Assembly (NCBI GenBank): GCA_050331735.1
Contig: JBHJGN010000029.1
Coordinates: 32,001 to 96,000 of the forward strand
DNA length: 64,000 bases
Source: Cyanophyceae cyanobacterium
Lineage (GTDB): Bacteria; Cyanobacteriota; Cyanobacteriia; Cyanobacteriales; JBHJGN01
Direction: 5' to 3'
The notes under the pieces were generated by a model, which was given only the letters and a program-made list of their open reading frames with translations, was not told the DNA's origin and ran no database searches. Within the stretch, counting starts at the first letter, position 1. Each line of letters opens with the position of its first letter. The translations under genes and the position numbers were made by a program. Of this stretch, positions 21,445 to 32,119 are shown in pieces.

Positions 21445-22469
21445 CCAGCGCTTTCCTGCAAGGCCTGCTCCACTCGACTCTGCTCAAGTTCTCGACCGAT
21501 GAATACGAGACGAGTTTGACGTATCTCCTGGGGGAGCCAAGGGCGGTCGTAGAACGAGTCAAAGCGACTGCCGACGCCTTGCAATACCAGACGCATGGGC
21601 TTGTTCGGAACATCGACAAACCCCTTGATGCGATAAATTTCCTGCTGCTGCACCAGCTTTTGGAGTTTTTGGATTAACTCTTGAGGGGGGCTGGCGGGCA
21701 AGACTAACTGAACGGCTGTAATGTTCTCGTCATGCTCGTGGGTTTCTGAGTCGTGGTGGGAAGCCCGACTGCCTAAGTGTTCCTCTACTGCCGCGTTGAA
21801 ACCGAGAAGAATATCTGGAGCGATCGCTCCTCGATCAGCCGGAACCATTTTAACTCCTGCTGGCAGTTGCTGCTGTAACCATTCTTTGACGGGCTCAAGA
21901 CTGTGAGGCTTTAACAGATCGGTTTTCGTGAGAATGACCAGATCGGCGCAGGAAAGCTGATCGGCAAATAACTCTTCTAGGGGAGTTTCATGCTCTAAAT
22001 TAGGGTCAGACAGTCGTTGGGCCTGCAAGGCTCCTCGATCACTCACTAACGCTCCCTCTGAGAGAGCCTGAGCGTCTATAACCGTAACGACTCCATCAAC
22101 GGTAGCGCCGTTGCGAATTTCAGGCCAGCGAAACGCCTGGAGCAATGGCTTGGGCAGCGCTAGGCCGGAAGTTTCTACCAGCAAGCAGTCTAGGCGATCG
22201 CGTCGTTTGAGCAGTTCCTGCATGGTGGGATAGAATTCTTCCTGCACGGTACAGCACAAACAGCCGTTTGTCAGCTCAACGATGTTACTTTCCTCTTCAT
22301 CACAGAGGCGACAGGAGCGCAATAGTTCTCCATCGATGCCAACTTCTCCAAACTCGTTGACAAGGACAGCAATGCGTTTTCCGGCGTTGTGTTGCAAAAG
22401 ATGGCGCACCAAAGTTGTTTTACCGGCTCCGAGAAAGCCAGTAATCACGGTGACAGGAATTTTATGCAT
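21423..22469 (-). CDS. cobW: Cobalamin biosynthesis GTPase CobW (COG0523)
   Basis: GFLGAGKTT, GCLCC, ETSGLALPKPL; B12 riboswitch upstream. Confidence 0.93.
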   Translation of the reverse strand: MHKIPVTVITGFLGAGKTTLVRHLLQHNAGKRIAVLVNEFGEVGIDGELLRSCRLCDEEESNIVELTNGCLCCTVQEEFYPTMQELLKRRDRLDCLLVETSGLALPKPLLQAFRWPEIRNGATVDGVVTVIDAQALSEGALVSDRGALQAQRLSDPNLEHETPLEELFADQLSCADLVILTKTDLLKPHSLEPVKEWLQQQLPAGVKMVPADRGAIAPDILLGFNAAVEEHLGSRASHHDSETHEHDENITAVQLVLPASPPQELIQKLQKLVQQQEIYRIKGFVDVPNKPMRLVLQGVGSRFDSFYDRPWLPQEIRQTRLVFIGRELEQSRVEQALQESAGQSRSLA

Positions 22470-22644
22470 AGATCGATTAATTAAGGAGGGTCAGGTGTAT
22501 TCGCGCTCAAATCTCCACCGGAACCTGAGTCCGGCGGCTTTGAGACAGCTCACTGAAGAGAACGAGCGTCGGTAGCTCGTCCTTGTTTGGGTTGGCTGCT
22601 ATTGAAACGAAGAAATGAACAGCGCTTTAGTAGAGTTTCAAAGA

Positions 22645-22722
22645 CTAGAAGCGTCGATGTCGCTCAAGGCACAATGTCTGCCAGCGGCTTCGTCTTGTGA
22701 GCGGCAATACTTTCGGGATCAT
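22645..22722 (-). CDS. Putative 25-aa peptide MIPKVLPLTRRSRWQTLCLERHRRF
   Basis: GAGG 5 nt before the ATG, directly after the riboswitch. Confidence 0.45.
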   Translation of the reverse strand: MIPKVLPLTRRSRWQTLCLERHRRF

Positions 22723-22756
22723 CCGTACCTCGCAGATGAAAGAGTGAGACAACAGC

Positions 22757-22876
22757 ACTCGGCAGGCATTCTGACTCAGAAACTCAATGGCGTTTCATTA
22801 CAGTTGCGGGACAGCGTTGGACTTGCACCAATCTTTCCCTCTTACCTCTAAGGACTGCTCATCCTTAGAACCGAGT
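22757..22876 (-). promoter_or_regulatory. Cobalamin riboswitch
   Basis: Minus strand reads GGTTC...AGGGAAAG-TTGGTGCAAGTCCAA-CGCTGTCCCGCAACTGTAA...AGTCAGAATGCCTGCC (B12 box); upstream of cobW. Confidence 0.92.
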
Positions 22877-22964
22877 AATTTCACTGTACCATGACATCAA
22901 GAGAGCGATCGACAAGCGATCGCCAAACGGCTCTTCTTCTCGACGCCTACAGGCTCAAGCAACC

Positions 22965-23855
22965 GTGAGGAAACAACGCCCATCTAGACCCCAAGTCAAA
23001 AATGTTGGTCACGCTCAATGGTTTCAGAGATTTCTCAACGCCCTCAGAAATGATCCCTATTACTGGCTGTTGGTCATCTCCTGGCGACGATTTCTCTTCC
23101 TCATTAGTCTGCTGTATCTGGGAGTTAATCTGCTCTTTGCTTTAGCTTACTTGTTAACGGGAAGCGGGATTGCCAACGCGCAGCCCGGCTCGTTTGCAGA
23201 TGCCTTTTTCTTTAGCGTCCAAACGATTTTTACCGTCGGTTACGGCAGTATGTATCCCCAAACTGTTGTCGCTCAATTTTTAATGATGGTGGAGCTGATG
23301 ATTGGGGTGTTACTGGGGGCGATGGCTACCGGTCTGATGTTTGCCCGTTTCTCATTACCGACAGCCCGCGTGATTTTTAGTCGCGTCGCCGTTGTTTGTC
23401 CTTTTGACGGCATTCCAACCCTGATGTTTCGCACGGCAAATCGGCGGGAAAACCAAATTTTAGAGGCGAATGTCCGTGTCAATCTGTTGCGCAACGAAGT
23501 GAGCCGAGAAGGTCATCAGCTACGACGATTCTACGATTTGCATCTGTTGCGCCATCAAACTCCAGCTTTTGGCTTTAGCTGGTTAATTATGCATCCTATC
23601 GTTGAATCTAGCCCTCTATATGGTCTCACTGCTCACGCGTTCGCAAAAACGAAGGCAGAAATTTGGATCACCGTCACCGGTCTCGATGAAACCTTTTCCC
23701 AGACGATTCATGCTCGTCATGCCTACAGCGCTAGAGACATTTTCTGGTCGATGCGTTTTGTCGATATTTTTCACGAAGCCCCAGATGGACAATACGTTCT
23801 CGACCTCAGTCATTTTCACGATATTGTTCCTCTAGAGCCTGATTCGGCCAGTTAG
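22965..23855 (+). CDS. Inward-rectifier K+ channel (KirBac)
   Basis: FFFSVQTIFTVGYG filter, FARFS, PTLMFR, HPIVESSPL. Confidence 0.92.
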   Translation: MRKQRPSRPQVKNVGHAQWFQRFLNALRNDPYYWLLVISWRRFLFLISLLYLGVNLLFALAYLLTGSGIANAQPGSFADAFFFSVQTIFTVGYGSMYPQTVVAQFLMMVELMIGVLLGAMATGLMFARFSLPTARVIFSRVAVVCPFDGIPTLMFRTANRRENQILEANVRVNLLRNEVSREGHQLRRFYDLHLLRHQTPAFGFSWLIMHPIVESSPLYGLTAHAFAKTKAEIWITVTGLDETFSQTIHARHAYSARDIFWSMRFVDIFHEAPDGQYVLDLSHFHDIVPLEPDSAS

Positions 23856-24474
23856 GCCAAAGAATCATCAGAGTCTAAAATGGTAAGATGAGAAGGGGAA
23901 GAAATTAAAAAATTCCTAGAAGCAATTTCTCTCAACCAATAAGCTTTGCTCAATTCTCAGCGAAAATTCATACTGATAGTTTATTAGTGGTCTTGATTAG
24001 CTAAAACTTAATCAAGTTAAGGAGGAATTTCGGTTTGATGGCAAGCGTTTGAAAGAATCAGCTCGCTAGAAAAGTTCATCAAACCTTCCTGTTAGGATTT
24101 TCTGAATCATGGGCACAATAGACAAGACGCTGTACTGAATCAAGCTCCACTTCAAGTTCTGTTTCGGAAGTCTATCTAATGGCAGAGTATAGATTGCTGA
24201 GCAGCCTCTACGCTGAAAACAATGACAGAGATCCTAACAGTGTTAATTTACGGGACAGCGCTCTCGCCTTGTTCTCCTCGTCTACCTAGTAATAATGTTC
24301 TTACCCAGCTCGAGTGTGCTTAAATAAGCGATAGCGGAACTTTAGCAGCAAATTTATCTTTTTCATTATTGTCTGTTACTCACTTTTTGCTTTTTAGCGA
24401 GCTAATATCAGAAAAGAAAATCTTAAAAAAGTATTAAACTGCTTAGAATAAGGTGTGTTGTTTGGAGGAAGAAC

Positions 24475-24963
24475 GTGTTTGTACGACTAGCGCAACAGCA
24501 TAGTCAATTTGTCAAAGATTTAGTAATGAGTCTTCAAGCTTTGGCAATTGTCCTAGAAAACCGAGGCTACTTAGCGTCTTGCTATACCTGCGGTAGCCAG
24601 ATGAACAGCGCCTCGTTTATGGTTAGCTTAGGCGATAATCATCTCATTCGCTTTTTGGTTTCCGACTATGGCATTACCTGGACCGAGATGCGAGATGATC
24701 GCGAACTGATGAAGCTAGAAGGAGCCGAAGCAATTGGTCAATTACAAGACCTGGCTGACCTCATTAAATACAGTGCTGATCCTAACGTTTTGCCAGAGGC
24801 CGCTTCGGCTTCGAGGAAGTCAACTCCTGCAGAGACGCTTCGCGCTGAGCCGACCGCAGGAAGGCGCCTGCCGAAGGCTATCCGGAATGAGGCCCCGGCT
24901 GCGTCAAGCCTCAATTCAGACCGGGATAACAATTCCTTCCAGATTCAGTACAGCTCTCGATAA
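24475..24963 (+). CDS. DUF1815-family protein
   Basis: GGAGG RBS; ASCYTC, RFLVSDYGITWTE, KLEGAEAI. Confidence 0.85.
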   Translation: MFVRLAQQHSQFVKDLVMSLQALAIVLENRGYLASCYTCGSQMNSASFMVSLGDNHLIRFLVSDYGITWTEMRDDRELMKLEGAEAIGQLQDLADLIKYSADPNVLPEAASASRKSTPAETLRAEPTAGRRLPKAIRNEAPAASSLNSDRDNNSFQIQYSSR

Positions 24964-25277
24964 TGCCTTGGTCTTGCTACTGCGAGTTTGGTCTATCTTC
25001 AATCGATGGGCTCAGCTTACTGGCCGCAGCTTTGAGTCTCTGACGGCTTCTCGCCCGACAGGGACTAGCACGAGCGGCCAAGAAATAATGCTCCTTTGCG
25101 GCTGTTCCTGTTTTTGGCCAGTAAAAATTAAGGAAATCGAAAATCACAAGAAGAGTCCCTCGAGCCCTGCTGAGATCCGCTTATGCAAACACTTTTCAAC
25201 TAACCGCTTTATAGAAGGGCTGAATCGCACTCCTGCAAATTAGCCCTTCTATTCGCTTCCTCCATCGCTCAAAAAGC

Positions 25278-26309
25278 TTACTCGTCCTCAGCAAAAACAA
25301 ACCGGCGTAATCCTCGGGGATCGGGTTCTGGACTCTCTTCGGCAAATTTGACGGCCTCCTCAATCTCTTGCTGAACCTGCTGCTCAATTGCCTGCAGGTC
25401 TTGACGATTGGCGAGGTTCTGCTCAGTTAAGAAAGCGGCAAGTTTGGTAATGGGATCGCGAGTTCCCCAAAACTGCTTTTCGTCTTGAGAGCGCAGTTCA
25501 TCGGGATCGGCTAGAGAGTGGCCGCGAAAGCGGTAGGTCAGCGCTTCGATCAGCGTTGGACCCTCTCCAGCACGAGCGCGGGCGATCGCCGTTCGAGCGA
25601 CATCTCGCACTGCTAAAACATCCATCCCGTCTACTTCGTGCCCCGGCATCCCAAAAGCACTGGCTTTCTTGTAAATCTCCGGCTGAGAGGTGGCTCGCTC
25701 GTGAGCCATCCCGATAGCCCATTTGTTGTTTTCAACTACGTAGATAATGGGCAGCTTCCAGAGAGCCGCCATATTAAGACACTCAAAAAACTGTCCATTG
25801 TTGGCGGCTCCATCTCCGAAAAAGCAAGCCGTCACTTGGTCTGCCGGTTCGCCGAGGGCCTCTCGGCGATATTTGGTTTGAAAAGCGGCTCCCGTCGCCA
25901 CCGGGATGCCTTCTGCTACGAAAGCATAGCCACCGAGGAGCCGATGTTTGGCAGAAAAGAGGTGCATCGAGCCGCCACGCCCCTTACTGCATCCCGTTGC
26001 TTTTCCAAACAGCTCTGCCATCACCTCTTTAGCCGGAACGCCGCTGCTGAGAGCATGGACGTGATCGCGATAGGTACTACACACATAGTCTTCGTCTGGC
26101 CGTAAAGCCTTGATCACCCCGGTAGAGACGGCTTCCTGCCCATTATAAAGATGGACAAAACCAAACATCTTGCCTCGATAATACATCTCCGCACACTTGT
26201 CTTCGAACAATCGTCCTAGGATCATGTCTTGATAAAGACGCAATCCTTCTTCCGCAGAAATTTGTGTCGAAGCGGCATTAAATTCGGGTAAAGTGCGTTC
26301 AGAAACCAT
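25278..26309 (-). CDS. pdhA: Pyruvate dehydrogenase E1 alpha subunit
   Basis: [22 protein letters not shown] motif, RFRGHS. Confidence 0.97.
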   Translation of the reverse strand: MVSERTLPEFNAASTQISAEEGLRLYQDMILGRLFEDKCAEMYYRGKMFGFVHLYNGQEAVSTGVIKALRPDEDYVCSTYRDHVHALSSGVPAKEVMAELFGKATGCSKGRGGSMHLFSAKHRLLGGYAFVAEGIPVATGAAFQTKYRREALGEPADQVTACFFGDGAANNGQFFECLNMAALWKLPIIYVVENNKWAIGMAHERATSQPEIYKKASAFGMPGHEVDGMDVLAVRDVARTAIARARAGEGPTLIEALTYRFRGHSLADPDELRSQDEKQFWGTRDPITKLAAFLTEQNLANRQDLQAIEQQVQQEIEEAVKFAEESPEPDPRGLRRFVFAEDE

Positions 26310-26573
26310 TGAGCTTGTAGAAAGTGAATAACAATATCAGAATCAAGAGTGAACAAGAGTCAGCTAAATCCATAAAATCAGATCGACAGATCGATCCGTA
26401 ACAAGAGTTCCATCTCCAAACTATATTAATGATTAAAATGGCCTAGCCGGAGAAAATCTTTCCTGAATGAAGACTTTGAGCTAAAATTCAGCCTTATATA
26501 GGCTTGAGTTAAGCCGAGACCACAACAAGCGTTGGCCTTAGTTATCCCTCATGACCCTTTAGGGAGTCAGATC

Positions 26574-28691
26574 GTGCGTATTCCTCTTGATTACTACAGA
26601 ATTTTGGGTGTGCCGATTCAGGCAACAGCGGAAAGTATAGAACAAGCTTATCACGACCGGACCCGTCAACTGCTTCATAACGAGTACAGTCAGCAGGCGA
26701 TCGCTTCTCGGCACCAGCTACTTGAAGAAGCGTATGCCGTTTTGTCAGACTCTCAACGTCGGGCGGAGCACGACACTCAATTCTTTAGCAGCCCGGCGCC
26801 AATTTCTCCAGAATCAGCGGCGGAGGCGGTCTCTCCCCAACTCGAAATTCGCCCAGAGTGTTTTGTGGGAGCCTTAATGATTCTTCAGGAACTCGGAGAG
26901 TACGAGTTGGTTCTGCGCTTAGGACAATCCTTCTTAGAGAAGCTTGAGGAGAATTCGCCCCGGCAGGCAGTCAGCCCATCAGACGAGCGGTCGGAAGTTG
27001 TCTTAACTCTCGCTCTGGCCTGTATGCAGCTTGGGAAGGAAAGGTGGCAGCGCGAGGAGTACGAAGAAGCAGCGACAGCGGAGCGCATGGGGCAAGATTT
27101 GCTGAGGCGAGAGCAGCTATTTCCCAGCGTCCAAGAGGAAATTCAGGCCGACTTAGCGAAGCTGAGACCCTACCGAGTGATCGATTTATTAGCCCAAAAT
27201 ACCCAGCAGCGGCATCAGGGTTTGCGGCTGTTGACAGAGATGCTTGACGAGCGTCAGGGCATTGATGGTTCGGGACACGATGGTTCGGGGTTGAGTATTG
27301 ATGATTTCCTGCGATTTATCCAGCAGTTACGCAAGCATTTAACTGTAGCCGAGCAACAGGAACTCTTTGAAGCCGAGTCCCAGCGTCCTTCAGCAGTCGC
27401 TGCCTATCTAGCAGTTTATGCTCTGATCGCCCGGGGCTTTGCTCAAAGCAAACCGGTCTTAATCGTGCGGGCCCAAGAAATCTTGAGAAACTTAAGCCAA
27501 CGCCAGGATGTTTACTTAGAGCAGGCCGTTTGTGCGATGCTGCTCGGACAAACCGAAGAAGCTAATCTCGCTCTAGAAAAAAGCCAAGAAGAAGAGTCGC
27601 TTTACTTTATCCGCCAGCATTCTCAAGGCGCTCCAGATTTACTGCCGGGGCTATGTCAATACGGGGAGCGCTGGCTACAAACTCAAGTTTTTGCTCATTT
27701 TCGCGATTTGGCTAGCCAAAAAGCCTCCTTAAAAGACTACTTTGCTGATGAAAAAGTGCAAACCTACTTGGAAAAGCTGCCAGCCGAAGCTTGGCGGCCC
27801 GCGCAGAGAAAGTCTGAAGTTGCAGAACTGCTGGCAGTGTCTCACGCGGAAGCCTCTATCCCAGAAGAACAGCTAGCGATCGCCTCATCGCAAGCTTCTC
27901 GGCGAGAAGAATTTGGGGGAACGGCGGCTGGAACACTCACCGCCACAGTTCCCAGAACAGCGAGCGCCACGTTGCCCACCATTGAAGAAGCCAAAAGACT
28001 AGATTTAGGAACTCATCGCTCTTCTTCGGCCTCACCAGCTAAGAGCCGGACCTCCGCGAAACCGCGTCAAGCTTTTATAAACCAGATTAAGCATCTCGCT
28101 CAATCTAGAGGAAGGATCCGGCGGTTTTTCCACCCCAAGTATATCCTCGTATTAGGAGCCGTCGGCTTAGGGCTAGCAACCATCGGCGTCGTTTATGCGA
28201 TTTTCAAGCCGAACGAGGCCACTGTAGAAGAGCTACAGGTCCAGCTCAATCGCTCGCCAATTGCGATCCCCCCCTTAGAGACCAGTCCGGCAGCGAGTCG
28301 TCCAGTTCCCTTAGATCGTCAATCGGCTCAGCAGGTGATTGAGAACTGGTTAGCGGCTAAATCCGCAGCCTTTGGACCCGCCTATCAAGTAGAGACAATT
28401 AGCGCTGTGTTAGCCGAACCCCTGCTGTCTCTCTGGCGCAACCGCGCCCGTTCTTTTCAGCAAAGCAACGCGTATCGAAAGTATCAGCATCGCGTCGAAG
28501 TTCGTTCTGTCGAGATTGATCCTCAAAATTCAGACCGGGCTACAGTAGAGGCAGTGGTTAGAGAAGCGGCTCAACATTTTCAAGGAGAGCAGCTCGTTGA
28601 CAGTGAATCTTATGATGACAATCTTCAGGTACACTACGATTTGATTCGTCAAGAGGGTCAATGGTTGATTCAAAATATTCAGATACTCTAG
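26574..28691 (+). CDS. ftn2: Cell division protein Ftn2/ZipN (ARC6 homologue)
   Basis: RIPLDYYRILG J-like domain (likely GTG start 26574), one TM, C-terminal IMS/DUF4101-like domain; divergent from pdhA. Confidence 0.9.
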   Translation: MRIPLDYYRILGVPIQATAESIEQAYHDRTRQLLHNEYSQQAIASRHQLLEEAYAVLSDSQRRAEHDTQFFSSPAPISPESAAEAVSPQLEIRPECFVGALMILQELGEYELVLRLGQSFLEKLEENSPRQAVSPSDERSEVVLTLALACMQLGKERWQREEYEEAATAERMGQDLLRREQLFPSVQEEIQADLAKLRPYRVIDLLAQNTQQRHQGLRLLTEMLDERQGIDGSGHDGSGLSIDDFLRFIQQLRKHLTVAEQQELFEAESQRPSAVAAYLAVYALIARGFAQSKPVLIVRAQEILRNLSQRQDVYLEQAVCAMLLGQTEEANLALEKSQEEESLYFIRQHSQGAPDLLPGLCQYGERWLQTQVFAHFRDLASQKASLKDYFADEKVQTYLEKLPAEAWRPAQRKSEVAELLAVSHAEASIPEEQLAIASSQASRREEFGGTAAGTLTATVPRTASATLPTIEEAKRLDLGTHRSSSASPAKSRTSAKPRQAFINQIKHLAQSRGRIRRFFHPKYILVLGAVGLGLATIGVVYAIFKPNEATVEELQVQLNRSPIAIPPLETSPAASRPVPLDRQSAQQVIENWLAAKSAAFGPAYQVETISAVLAEPLLSLWRNRARSFQQSNAYRKYQHRVEVRSVEIDPQNSDRATVEAVVREAAQHFQGEQLVDSESYDDNLQVHYDLIRQEGQWLIQNIQIL

Positions 28692-28814
28692 CTGCTCTGA
28701 TTCAGAAAAACAGGCTGGTAACCAATTAGTCTATCCTCGCTTTACTTTGCTATGGACTCGGGTTGAAACCGATATACTAGGAAAAGTTTTGATGGTATAC
28801 ACTTCTTCCTGCTC

Positions 28815-29738
28815 ATGTTCAATTGGTTATGGCTATTGCGAGTTGTGCTGCTGGGCTTTACAGGAACGGTAGCGCTGGCCGCTGTTTCTTTCTCCACGGG
28901 CAGAGCTCCCTCCCCTCAAACTAGTAACCCCGCAGAAGTGACGGTTCCCTCTTCAAAAGCTAGAACTCAGCCACTCTCGCCCGAACCGCTGCCAATGGCT
29001 ACGGTCCCGAGTCAAACTCAGGAAGAGCCGCCAGCGGAAGACGCATTCAACCTGCAAGCCAGCGTTCAACGTCATGCTTCTCTGTTTGCGACCCCCACCT
29101 CTTTAGGAATGCTCGCTATTGGTATAGCAGAAGGCAACTACCGCGTTTGGTCAGACCAGAGCACGATCTATGTTCAGCAAACTCCTGCCTACTTTGGGCA
29201 TGTCGATCCTGGAAATTTATCCTGGGGAGCCGTCGTCAAGAACTACGGTCCCTGTAGCGATCAGGGACGCAGCGGAGGCAATATTGCTTTAGCCGAGCAA
29301 TTCTGTTTGCAGCGCTCTCGTTCTCAGTTGGCGACACACCTTCAAGATCTTCAGGCGGTAGGAATTAATCCCGACCAAGATGTGGAAGCGGTGCTCAATA
29401 CAGCCGATCTCTACAATCAAGCTAAACCAATTCATTCTCGCCAGTTTCCCAAAGCCCTAGCGATAGCCAGACAGGGCGGACTAAGCGGAGCAGAAGCATT
29501 GACCTGGGCTAGAACCGCCTCTTTCTATCTCAACGCTAACAACGAATTTGACTTGACGGCAGGCGACAATCATGCCAGCGGACTCATTGGCATTTGCGCC
29601 CGGGAACGACGACCGATTACCGAGTGGGAGTGTGTCTATGAAGATCAGCAGCGGCGAGTCGAGGCGATCGCTCACGTTCTGGAGCAATATCGGCTGCTGG
29701 CTCAGCAGAAGCAAAAAGCAGGCAGTAGCAGTAGCTAA
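28815..29738 (+). CDS. Exported hypothetical protein
   Basis: N-terminal hydrophobic signal, Pro-rich linker, AIGIAEG / YFGHVDPGN / DLYNQA core. Confidence 0.75.
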   Translation: MFNWLWLLRVVLLGFTGTVALAAVSFSTGRAPSPQTSNPAEVTVPSSKARTQPLSPEPLPMATVPSQTQEEPPAEDAFNLQASVQRHASLFATPTSLGMLAIGIAEGNYRVWSDQSTIYVQQTPAYFGHVDPGNLSWGAVVKNYGPCSDQGRSGGNIALAEQFCLQRSRSQLATHLQDLQAVGINPDQDVEAVLNTADLYNQAKPIHSRQFPKALAIARQGGLSGAEALTWARTASFYLNANNEFDLTAGDNHASGLIGICARERRPITEWECVYEDQQRRVEAIAHVLEQYRLLAQQKQKAGSSSS

Positions 29739-29843
29739 GCGGGAACCAAAAGTAAAGAAAAATTACTTTCCTGCAACGCCTCACCATTGATTTTTAGAAT
29801 CAAATTAAACTTAACGCCTGCTTCCATTTCAATCTCGTTCGTC

Positions 29844-31601
29844 ATGAAAAAATTGCTGCTACTGCTCTTGTTTGTTTTCGGTGTAGGAGTGGCGCTTTGG
29901 AACTTCAGCCCTCCACCCGGAGAATTTGAGTCGATTGTCCTCGATTTTCGTGAAGAGCTCTCACCAGCAGAAATCGAGCAATCCCTAGCAGCGATCGCGA
30001 CGCAGTATCATCACGAAGCAATTCTCAACAGTCCTTTTTCTAAGGGCGATCGCATTTATATTCTTCCGGGAGACCAGCATCAGCTCCAGGCACTCAAAAA
30101 AACGCCTCTGCTTCAAAAAACTGAAACCATCGAGCCGAACTACATCTATCACGCCTTGGAAGTTCCCAACGATCCAGGCTACAGCAAACAGTGGAACCTA
30201 CGCAGCATCCAGGTAGAAACCGCCTGGGACGACACTAAAGGGGAGGGGGTGACGGTGGCCGTCATTGATACCGGAGTAACGCAAGTTCGGGATCTGCGTC
30301 AGACAAAATTTGTCGAAGGCTACGACTTCATTGCCAATCGCTCGGAAGTACACGATGATGTCGGACACGGGACTCACGTTGCTGGCACCATTGCCCAATC
30401 CACTAACAACAGCTACGGCGTTGCGGGCATTGCCTACGAGGCGAAAATTATGCCGATTAAAGTTTTAGGCGCTGGTGGAGGCGGAACGGTCGCCGACATT
30501 GCTGAAGGCATTCGCTTTGCTGTCGACCACGGCGCAGACGTGATTAACCTCAGCTTAGGAGGCTTTGGAGAGAGCCAGCTCATGGCAGAGGCGATTAACT
30601 ACGCCTACGATAAGGGCAGCGTGATTGTGGGCGCAGCCGGCAACGCTAACCGCAATGCCGCCGCTTATCCGGCTCGCTATCCTCACGTGATCGGCGTTGC
30701 GGCCCTCGATGCGTCAGCGCAAAAAGCGTCCTATTCTAACTTTGGAGCCGGAGTCGATTTGGCCGCTCCTGGCGGGAGCGAACAGGGGCCAATTTTACAG
30801 AATACCGTCGATAGTGACGGAGAAGCCGTTTTTGCGGGTCACTGGGGAACCAGCATGGCTGCTCCTCACGTCGCGGGCGTTGCGGCTCTAGTCAAGGCGG
30901 CAGGGGTCACGGAACCGGAAGCCGTCTTAAAAGTACTGCGGCAGACCGCTCGTCAAGTGCCAGAAGATCCGCTCAATTACTACGGAGCCGGACAGCTAGA
31001 TGCCGGGGCGGCGGTCGCGTTAGCCCGTCGCGGGCAGATTACCGTGCAGGACTTTTTCCGCTGGCTCCGCGATAGTGGCTATCTCAACCCTCGTTTTTGG
31101 ATTGATGGCGGTGCCGTTGCCCTGTTCCCCAAAGTAGTCATGGTGGTTGGTTCTTATCTGTTGGCCTGGTTTTTACGCAATTATTTTCCCTTTCGCTGGA
31201 GCTGGTCCCTCGCTAGCGGACTGATGGCTGGCAGTGCGGGCCTGTTCTTTCTACGCGGCCTGTATATTTTCGATCTGCCTCAGTGGCCCTTCCGGGTTTT
31301 GGGTAGCTCTATTCCAGAGTTAGGAAATATTGTGCAGGGAAGCTCGGCGCTCAATCCGCTGTTTGCGAGTGCGTTCATTCCGTTTCTGCTGATAGTGCTC
31401 CTGCTAGGACATCCGGTCGGAAAGTGGTTTGCCATTGGGTCGGCGTTGGGCGTTGCGGCTTGTTTAGCCGTGAATGCTGTGTTATCTCCCCTGGTATGGG
31501 GACTTGGGACCGAAGGAGCCCGTTTGTTCCTAGGGATTAATGCCTTGCTGTGCTTGAGCTTAGCGTCCCTCGCCAGTCAAGGAGGGAGGCAAACCGCATG
31601 A
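29844..31601 (+). CDS. Subtilisin-like S8 peptidase with C-terminal membrane domain
   Basis: VIDTG, HGTHVAG and GTSMAAPHV triad; likely start ATG 29844. Confidence 0.93.
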   Translation: MKKLLLLLLFVFGVGVALWNFSPPPGEFESIVLDFREELSPAEIEQSLAAIATQYHHEAILNSPFSKGDRIYILPGDQHQLQALKKTPLLQKTETIEPNYIYHALEVPNDPGYSKQWNLRSIQVETAWDDTKGEGVTVAVIDTGVTQVRDLRQTKFVEGYDFIANRSEVHDDVGHGTHVAGTIAQSTNNSYGVAGIAYEAKIMPIKVLGAGGGGTVADIAEGIRFAVDHGADVINLSLGGFGESQLMAEAINYAYDKGSVIVGAAGNANRNAAAYPARYPHVIGVAALDASAQKASYSNFGAGVDLAAPGGSEQGPILQNTVDSDGEAVFAGHWGTSMAAPHVAGVAALVKAAGVTEPEAVLKVLRQTARQVPEDPLNYYGAGQLDAGAAVALARRGQITVQDFFRWLRDSGYLNPRFWIDGGAVALFPKVVMVVGSYLLAWFLRNYFPFRWSWSLASGLMAGSAGLFFLRGLYIFDLPQWPFRVLGSSIPELGNIVQGSSALNPLFASAFIPFLLIVLLLGHPVGKWFAIGSALGVAACLAVNAVLSPLVWGLGTEGARLFLGINALLCLSLASLASQGGRQTA

Positions 31602-31822
31602 GGATCACCGTGACGGGTAAAATCGAACGGAAAGGCATCGGTGCGGGGACATGGGCACTGGTAACGGAAGCAGGCGAAACCTACGAACTCACCAATGCTC
31701 CTCAACCATTGCGTCAGCCTCAAGCTAAGGTGAGAGTTGAAGGCAACATCCGCCAGGACGTGATGACGGTGGCTATGATTGGCCCTGTTCTTGAGGTGCG
31801 CTCTTACGAAGTCCTGCCATAG
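31598..31822 (+). CDS. Small OB-fold-like hypothetical protein
   Basis: GGAGG RBS, ATGA overlap with the S8 gene; GAGTWAL...MIGPVLEV. Confidence 0.75.
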   Translation: MRITVTGKIERKGIGAGTWALVTEAGETYELTNAPQPLRQPQAKVRVEGNIRQDVMTVAMIGPVLEVRSYEVLP

Positions 31823-32119
31823 ACCCAGGCAAGAAAAATTTAGCGGGTTCGCTCTAGACAGAACAAACTGACTGTATTTAGCAACAAAGGCGATCGCGCT
31901 ACTGGATAGCTTTTAGATTGCCAATGTTTCTGGTATTTTGTTTCTGACGCTCTTTTAACCACAGCCAACCCTTGGAAAAAGACCGGAAAAATTACCAAGC
32001 AACTATCAAAACTCTCGCTCCTCGCATTGCTGATTTCCTCTCAATTAAGATCAAAAACATTGGATTATCTAATTAAGGAGTGTATGCTAGAGCACGAGTT
32101 GGTGTAAGGAGTTGAGTAG

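Noticed and set aside
22615..22851. 78-aa plus-strand ORF
   Set aside because: Antisense to the cobalamin riboswitch and leader
24734..25243. 169-aa plus-strand ORF
   Set aside because: Overlaps the DUF1815 gene out of frame; no motifs
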